This document shows positions 56,557-64,000 of a stretch of DNA of 64,000 bases, one piece after another (the first letter of the stretch is position 1; each line of letters starts with the position of its first letter). The position numbers were made by a program, and so were the translations under genes. Where the stretch lies: positions 511,113 through 575,112 of the forward strand of contig NW_005434641.1 in NCBI RefSeq assembly GCF_000315625.1. The letters are read 5' to 3'. Below the pieces are notes generated by a model. That model did not search any database and was not told where the DNA came from. It saw nothing but the letters and a program-made list of their open reading frames with translations. The stretch comes from Guillardia theta CCMP2712 (taxonomy: Eukaryota > Protista > Cryptophyta).

Positions 56557-57695
56557 CCCGCCCTACTGTCCCTCCCGAACTGTCTTGAGCAGACCCCGGC
56601 CCTTGCGCTAACTCGCCTCAATCAGCTTACTCACAATCGGCGATCGATTCCTCGTCTGTTAGATTGCGTGCTAACGCATCCTTCCCTTCTCCTCCTCTCC
56701 TCCTCTCCTCCTCTCCTCCTCTCCTCCTCTTCTGTTCTCCCCTCTTGCGTGCATCAGCCACCGCAGTGCCGAAATTGGACTGCAGTTTCCAATTCCAATT
56801 CTATAGAATCATTTCGGAATTTGTACTGATATCTCGAGATTTTATTGAAATTTCATCAGACTGTGCAATTATTTATTGTCAAAGTTGACAAGAATACTGT
56901 TTCTAGTCTAAAAAAAGAACGTCAAATGTAAAGCGCTACAAAAAGCAAGAAGGACGAGGCTGACAATGATGGTGTAGGAGGAGCAGGTGCAGCGCTGGCC
57001 CGAGCTCGGAACCTGCCGATGCTCGTCTGATGAGACGCAGCGCCATGACAAGGGACCTGTGGAACCGTCTCGGCGGAAGGACTCCGGGAGACGCACCGAG
57101 CTGGTTGTAGGATACGAGCAAGAGAAGCAGCGTGTTTCTCAACCCCTCAATGATAATGTGAGGATGGACTTCTAAAAAGTTTTCTCAACTCTATGGGAAG
57201 TGACCCTCCCTTGGTCTGCCCCCCTAACCCTCCGGTCATCGGGTCGTCGTCCTCCTATTTTCACCCGGGGACTGGAGGAAAACACTTCGCACATGGAAGA
57301 TTCAAGTAAAACGCATGACGTCCCTGTCCCCTCCCGGTCCTCCCTGTCTTACTCTGCCCGTCCTGTCTTGCCCGCAATCGCCTTTCTCTTGCAGGAGGAG
57401 GTAAGAAAGGGTCAGTCAGAACAAGGGAGGTAGGAAGGTGGAAGGCGTATAGGAGGGAACCTGACGGCAGGAATCAGGCATTAGCCTGCCCGCCCTCAGG
57501 CCCTCAGGTTTAGGGAGGAAGGGAGGAAGGGAGGAAGGGAGGGCAGGCAGGCTGAAGGGTGGATGGAGGTGCCGAAAGACGAGCTGTAAAAAAGGCAAGA
57601 GAGACAAGAAAGCGCGAGAGTTTGAAGTAACAAGGGGGCGTGTTGAAAATGATAGATTACAGCACAGCAACCCACATGTAAGGGGCAAAACGATT

Positions 57696-58154
57696 TTAAG
57701 TTGAGGAGCCGCGATTGAGAGGCAACGCACAACAAGGCGCAAGTGAGTAGATTTTGATCCAATCATATTGTGGCATAAATTCACAGTCAGGGTTATCTAG
57801 ATTGTAGTTTGCATCCATGAATTTCGTCGACTCAATGATTTTGAGTCCAAAGCAGAATGACTCGTAATTTGACAAGGATTTTAACTCGAGAATGCGATCC
57901 TTGGTCATGTCTGATTTTGCACAACCAACATGTCTCAAACTTTCATTTTCATTTTTCTACTGAATTCGTTCCTGCCAGCCATTATTTTCAATGAGCATCA
58001 CTGATTTAAAGGTCAGGCTTTGGCCATCGGCTCCTGCCATTAACTTTCCTCTGCGGGTGAAATCTCGCCCTGCTGCACATGCTTTCACAAGCTTCATTGC
58101 CTGGATGTGCCGTGAGGGAAAAATTGCCCTGTTGTAGCACTCCGCCTCATTGAT
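57696..58154 (-). pseudogene. AT-richer intronless reading frame interrupted by an in-frame TAG; product unknown
   Basis: INEAECYNRAIFP...GWQERIQ*KNENESLRHVGCAKS...: about 150 codons in one frame with one stop at 57957-57959, next to the TIR element. Confidence 0.35.
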
Positions 58155-58250
58155 TTATTAGGCAGAATCAAGGGGGCAGTTCAAAATTCCTATTGAACCA
58201 CTAGGAGAGACCTCATGCACTGCCCACCGGATACACCTTCCGACTCCGAG

Positions 58251-58447
58251 CTCAAAGTTAAGTTAAAAAAGTCAGTACTCCGAACATTGTTGACTGGATG
58301 ATTTTTTAAAAAAATAAGTCGGCCTTTTTAAAAAAACTGACCAGTGGCATTTTTAAAATGGTGTATGAAGATTACTACAGTAAAAAAGGGTGGAGGTCAG
58401 CGACGATCTTTTTAAAAACCTCGTTGTTGATTTAACTTAACTTTGAG
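58251..58447. mobile_element. MITE-like element, 197 bp, with perfect 17-bp terminal inverted repeats
   Basis: CTCAAAGTTAAGTTAAA (58251-58267) and TTTAACTTAACTTTGAG (58431-58447). The AT-rich interior has repeated TTTTTAAAA palindromes. A second copy of one end lies at 3677-3702. No obvious target-site duplication. Confidence 0.6.
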
Positions 58448-58769
58448 TAAAACATTTAAACTACACTGACGTTGATATCTCCTGCTGCCGGGCCGGGGCC
58501 GGGGCCGGGCTGGTCGGCCCGCCATGATGGCGCACTAAAGTTTACTCAAACAAGTAGTTGGCTGGTAGCACATTTTTACTTATTGCTATGATGAGTGGAA
58601 GTTTAAAAAAAAAAAAAGGATGGTCACTTGGCAACAATGGCGCCGGCTGGTTCGGTTCATTATAGCCGGCGTCAGCAAACGTCTCTATAACTGCTTATAG
58701 TTCTATAAGTAGTTGACTTGATTTCAAAACAAATTGCTGATTTCGCCGGTCCACGTCTCCTCCCCAGTT

Positions 58770-59700
58770 TACTAGGGTACCCGAGTCGTATCAGAGGTCC
58801 TAGGATACTAGCATTTTTCTACGAAACTTGATATCTACAAAAGCCTTTTAAAAGTGTCTGTCATATCAGTACCCACCACCCTCGTCTGGATGTTTACACA
58901 TACCCTAAAGGACAGGATGGGCCCCACCCACATCCCGAATGACCCACACCCTTTTTACTTTTTTTTGAACTACCCTATAATCTCCTTGGCTTCGGATAAT
59001 AATGGACCCCTAGTCATTTGATCACACTACAAATGACTACCCCACCCCTACACTAAAATGAATCACCATCCTATAACGGGTGTAGTACCCCCAAGTTGAA
59101 TTGCCGGGTTCATGCTACGGCCCTAGTATACCCCACCCTATCACCTTCTACCCTGCCCTGCCCTACCCTACCCTACCCTACCCTACCTTACCCTACTACA
59201 ACTCCATATGGTGATAACTTTTTCCCCCACACTGTGATCCGCTCTGTATCACTACCCTACCCCCTATTTCCCCATGTTAAATAGGACTCGGACCACCTCC
59301 TTCAGACAACATACCCCGCCCCCACTTCACTTTTTTTTTAATACCCCACCTTTTGTTAATTTAGTTGCAAGCACCCCCACCCCTCTATCTAAACAAAAAC
59401 CACCCAAAGTCATGGTCCATTTTAGCCACCACCGGTTTATTGTTGCCCCCAGTCATTCGTACCAGCACAATGACCCCACCACTTCTCGGGCAATATCTGG
59501 TTGATCACCCCCTCTTTTCCACAATCGAAGTACCCCTACCCACCTTTTTCCCCTGTGACGAAGGTACATTGCGAAGGTTTTGCGAATCCTTCAGTACCCC
59601 TACCCAATCTTCCCTGATGACCCCTAGTGACTAGGACTGTCTAGTAACACCCTTCCACACCTCACCCCCTCGGAACTACCCACCCCACCCTCCCTAGATA
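58770..59700. repeat. TACCC/ACCCC-rich tract including (ACCCT)n at ~59150-59197
   Basis: Seen directly; lies upstream of the + strand gene at 60013. Confidence 0.55.
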
Positions 59701-60012
59701 GCTGTCGCGTCCAGCCTTCGAAAATCGCCACCCTCCTCTGCTGTCCCTCAAGCACATCCACCTTTGTTGACTTGTTGCTCTTTCTCGCTCTAGTCCTCCT
59801 CCTCCTCCTCCTCCTCCTCCTCCTCCTTCCTCCATCTCACCCTCTCATCTCCCGTTCTTCTATCTCTCACCTTCCTCCTCTGCGCATCCCTTCCCTCACA
59901 GCTTAAAGGCAACTCCTGCTCCTCCCTTTGCCGAAGCTCTCTGTTTGTTGTCCTCTTCGTCGTTATTTGACGCTCCTTTCTTTCAAAAAATCTTCTTCGA
60001 TCTCTCTCAAGT

Positions 60013-61320
60013 ATGCAGCAGCTTCCATTGGGGATGCAGCATCCTCTAGCGAACTTCGCTGTCTCACAGAGCATCCAGCAGCGTTGTGGCCTGCAAGCAC
60101 CTAATGCGCCCCCAGAGAATGCGCAGATTGCCATAGGACTGAACTCTTTTCTTCTCCGAGGAATACAAGACAAGAGTGCTGGACAGGCTTTCAATCCCAA
60201 CGAATGCCATTTGCCCGGCATACAGGCGAACCCTCACGTGACCATGGGCCCTGTCAACACCGTGAGCGGCATGAACCCCGTGTTGCACCTGGGAATGTCT
60301 TCCGCGTTCACATGCGTTAGAGATGCTCTCAAAGGAGCCGATGAATCTGCGTCCATCCAGTCTGCTGTTCAGAGCATAACGGCATCTGCACAGGCCATGG
60401 CACAGAACATCCATGTTTCACAGCCTTTCAGTGCTGATGACAGCAAAGCGCAAGGGTCTGATGAGGTGATTTTACTGTTTCTCTTTGTTGAGATTATGTC
60501 TGTCTAATTGTTGCAGTCTTCTTTCTCTGAATTCTGTGTGTGACACCTAGAAAATGTTTCCCTGTTTGTTTACTTCTTTGGATCATATTTTGACAAGTAC
60601 TCTTAGGATGACAGCAAGAAGAAGTCTTTGATTGGTGCGGAGCTTGCTGCCAGAATCTATGCCATGCGGCCTCCTCGCACACAAGTTGGAGGACAGTTCA
60701 ACGCTGCACAGGGCCTATCGCCAACTGCCGTCGGGAACCTGTTTGGAGTGAGCTCCAAGGTAGTGAGAGACATTTGGAATCGAAGGACATGGATCGAAGC
60801 GACGAGATCCTTGTGGTCGGACTTCGAAGTCGCCTCGCACCTGATCGAGATGAAGACAGCTGACCCCGACCTGGCCAACAAGCTCGCCAAGTTCAAGCCT
60901 CTGATCTTGAAGAGGAAGCCTGGCCGGCCCCCCGGTGCCAAGGACTTCGTCCCGAGGCAGAGGAGGAAGAGGGACGTCACTTCGGGGGCGAGCCAGGAGA
61001 ATGCAGAGACAGCAACCGGGCAGACGACATCGCAGCCACAGCAGTTGCCAGCAGCCGCTACTCCTTCCCTCGTCGCTGGCAACCCCCTCGCTTCCAACTT
61101 GCAACTTTGCACACAGGCCATCGCGCAGAGCCTCGTCAACCCTGTGCTGAAGCTGGAGAGAAACTTGGCCGGGTTGGAGCAATCTGCAGTGCGCACTGCA
61201 CAGGATGCGATGGGGGGGCACCAGGGACACCATGAGGAAGGGATCTTGAGCATCAACCAGGCGGATCCGTTCGCGTCTGACTGGCAGCACTTGTTGAAGG
61301 AGTCGGACGTGATGGTGTAA
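60013..61320 (+). CDS. Putative DNA-binding protein with HTH-like motif and AT-hook-like GRP motif
   Basis: Two exons (intron ~60466-60607). AELAARIYAMR...SPTAVGNLFGVSSKVVRDIWNRRTW is HTH-like, followed by KRKPGRPPGAKDFVPRQRRKR, with Q/A/P-rich flanks. Confidence 0.7.
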
Positions 61321-61418
61321 ATACAGTCTAGCAAGAAGCCTCTCCCTCCTGTCTAATTGTGTATTTGAAATCTCTAGGCGACATTATAAAAGATCCAGTA
61401 AATGCAAATCGAGTTTGC

Positions 61419-64000
61419 TCAGGACTCCCTCTTGAGTTTCCCCATAGGGTACTGACGTGTCCAGATAGTCGCCAGCCATTTCTCCCCCTTCTTGACGGGA
61501 AGCGACTGCAGCGGGTCAGGTAGCAGGCAAGTGGAACATCCTTGTCACCTCGTGCTGCGTCCTCGGGTCTGGGACCCCCCGGACATCGGCAGGGAAGAAT
61601 AAGAGGGCGTCTCCCTTGCGCGGCGAGAACTTGGTGCCTTGCTGGAGTCAAGAAGCAAGAGGTAGGGAGGAGGGAGGGAGGAGGGAGGGAGGGAGGGAGG
61701 GGAGGGAGGGAGGGAGGGAGGGAGGGAGGGAGGGAGGGAGGGAGGGAGGGAGGGAGGACGGGGANNNNNNNNNNNNNNNNNNNNNNNNNNNNNNNNNNNN
61801 NNNNNNNNNNNNNNNNNNNNNNNNNNNNNNNNNNNNNNNNNNNNNNNNNNNNNNNNNNNNNNNNAGGAAGGGAGGGAGGAGGAGGAGGGAGGGGAGGGGA
61901 GGCGTGTATGGAAGTAGCGAGAGCAGCAAGGAGAGGAGAAAAGATAGAGACCACGCGAGGATTTGAGGAGGATACCTAGGAGCGGAAAGCTCGTCTCGCC
62001 TCCCTCCTCAACTGTGTTGAGATAAAGCAGCAGCGTCGAGATCCGTTGACCCCCTCTCTCTTCTAGCGAGCTGCTTCACAGATCATTTCCTCCTGCCTCC
62101 ACTCCTCTCTCCCTGTCTGCCTCCTTCCTTTCCCCCGGCTCCTTCCCCCCCTTCTACCTTCTCCCTCCTCCTCTCCCTCCTCCTGGTGTACTGTTTCTCC
62201 TTCCTCCCCTCCTCTTCTCGGAGGAGATGAAGACATAAAAGAGGATATGACGTTCCTTCTCCTCCTTCTCCATCACTGGCTCGTGCCTACCTTCGTGCCG
62301 CTGGCGCGTCGCCGATGACAGGGACGGTGTCAAGGTGCTGTTCGTAGCTTCCTCCCACTTCGTACCTAACCACCTGCACCGCAGCTCAGGTCCAGCTGCC
62401 TCGACCCTGCCGCCCCTGCCTGCACCGCCTCGAAGTGTGAGATGGGCAGTTGAAGGAGTTCAGACGCTCGTGCTCTGCTGCTCTGTCATGCTCTGATGTT
62501 GCAACTCCTGCTCTTTCCTCCGAACCAACCCCCCCCCACCTCCTCCTCCTGCTCCTCTCCTACTCCTCCTCCTCCCGTACTCGATGGACGAGACAGTCTC
62601 GTGGACCCCTCGCCTGATCGCCGCTGACTTTGACCTGGTTGCTCCTCCTCAGTTCGTGCAGGCGAGGAGGGACAAGTCTTGCCTCCTCGCCGACGTGACG
62701 GCATCTGTCGAGCCGTCCGTGCGTATCCCGACGCCAGAATGCTGTAGAACGTTGAATTAATGATCGAGGAGAAGATGGTGGTGATGGAGGTGCGGGTGCA
62801 GGTTGAGGCACATGGAGAATGGAGAAGGGAGGCGAAGGAGCAAGGAGGGGGAGGAGCAAGGAGGTAGCTGGGAGGAGGAGCGGGAAGGAGGAGGAGGAGA
62901 AGTACTTTCAGCTTGCTAGCAGCGAGTTGAACGAGGAGGTCACATTCTTCCTCGCTCAGAAAAGATTTGATCTGAAGGCAGTAGGAGTGAGGAGGGGAGG
63001 GCGGGAGGAGCAGAAGGTACTGAGATCAGCCGTGGGTCCCTCCTGTGCTCCTTCAGCGCCGGAAAGAGCGGCCGCGCGCTCTGCGGACCCACAGGCAGCC
63101 AGGCATGCCGGCCGTCGAACTGAGGAAGAAGGATGAATGAGATGTGAGAATGAAGAATGATTGAGACAGTAGGCGAGGGCTGCTATCAACCTTGTTGACT
63201 GAGATGTTCAGCACTTCACTGACGAACAGCTCGTCCAGCGGAATCTTGCATCGCAAGGTCAGTTCGCCTCCCTCGTACATCGAGCTCGCAACCTGCGCAT
63301 GCTTGTGCCATGGGTCTTCGGGGATGGGGCGGAGGCCGACGAGGTTGATGTGAGGAGGAATGCAGAGGGCGTGGAAAACGGAGAGAACGGGTCCGAAGAG
63401 GTCAAACTTGTTCTGCTTCCAGTTGTCCTTGCGGAACATACGGCCTGCAGACCAGTAGCACCTGCTGGCTGAGTGAGGGAGGAGGGAAGAGGAAGGGAGA
63501 GGAAGGGAAAGTGGAAGAAAGGAGGGAGGGAACGGACGAGAACGAAAGAGATGATGAAGGAGCAGGGTGGGAGATTCCAAGGAGCCGAGATGCAGTACGA
63601 AAACAGAAGGGAGAGGGAGGAAGGGGGAAGGTGGAGGAAAGGAGAAGAGGAGGAGAGGAGGAGAGGAGGAGAGGAGGAGAGGAGGAGAGGAGGAGAGGAG
63701 GAGAGGAGGAGAAGAACGAGAAGAGGAATGGAGGGGAGAAAGGAGAGGAGCTGAGCGGAGGAGAGAAAAAGAGGACAGGAGAGGAGGACAAGAGAGGAGC
63801 GGAGGAGGACAGGAGAGGAGAGGAGAAGGAGAGGAGAGGAGGAGGAGAGGAGCGGAGCGAAGGAGGAGAGGAGAGGAGAGGAGAGGAGCGACCGAGGAGA
63901 GGAAAGGAGAGGGGAGGAGAGGGGAGGAGAACACCTGTATGTCATTCCAAGCCCTTTCAATCTTCCTTCAATCTCCATTGCCTTGTGCCCTCTAGGGGTC
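61419..64000 (-). CDS. 5'-partial gene: FkbM-methyltransferase-like segment fused to prolyl 4-hydroxylase (2OG-Fe(II)) domain
   Basis: Spliced exons read GLGMTYR|CYWSAGRMFRKDNWKQNKFDLFGPVLSVFHALCIP; EEECDLLVQLAASKLK; ELLQLPISHFEAVQ|VVRYEVGGSYEQHLD; GGQRISTLLLYLNTVEEGGETSFP; PRKGDALLFF...DPRTQHE|SLPVKKGEKWLATIW. Stop at 61419-61421. Confidence 0.8.

Noticed and set aside
56900-57200. Short + strand coding-like stretch upstream of the channel
   Set aside because: No reliable start, splice model or motif.
59150-59197. (ACCCT)n as an interstitial telomere
   Set aside because: The pentamer does not match a canonical CCCTAA/CCCTAAA unit; it is short and part of the broader TACCC tract.

Overview
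Intron-rich, GC-rich eukaryotic nuclear DNA with short (~45-60 nt) or microsatellite-filled introns and four N-gaps. The style suggests a cryptophyte alga such as Guillardia theta; this is inference, not verified. About 18 protein-coding genes can be spliced by eye: a YqkD-like alpha/beta hydrolase, a giant EML5/6-like WD40 protein, an RNF4-like RING ligase, a C-lobe-only pseudokinase, an almost intronless ARM-HEPN(DZIP3-like)-kinase-SAM gene with a frameshift in the kinase, an LSMT-type SET methyltransferase, tubulin-tyrosine ligase, a DnaJ protein, a PUFA-type elongase, a class I methyltransferase, a rhodanese, an ankyrin protein, a long coiled-coil protein, a Slo/BK K+ channel with a C2-like tail, an HTH/AT-hook protein, a 5'-partial FkbM-like/prolyl-4-hydroxylase gene and a few hypothetical genes. 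Intergenic DNA carries two recurrent sequence types: CCGG-dense GC islands and strand-polarised TACCC/ACCCC tracts. There is also a 197-bp element with perfect 17-bp terminal inverted repeats. The best candidate for an undescribed system is the ARM-HEPN-kinase-SAM gene, whose logic resembles RNase L/IRE1 and SARM1. No rRNA, tRNA or CRISPR array was seen. Exon boundaries are manual and approximate.
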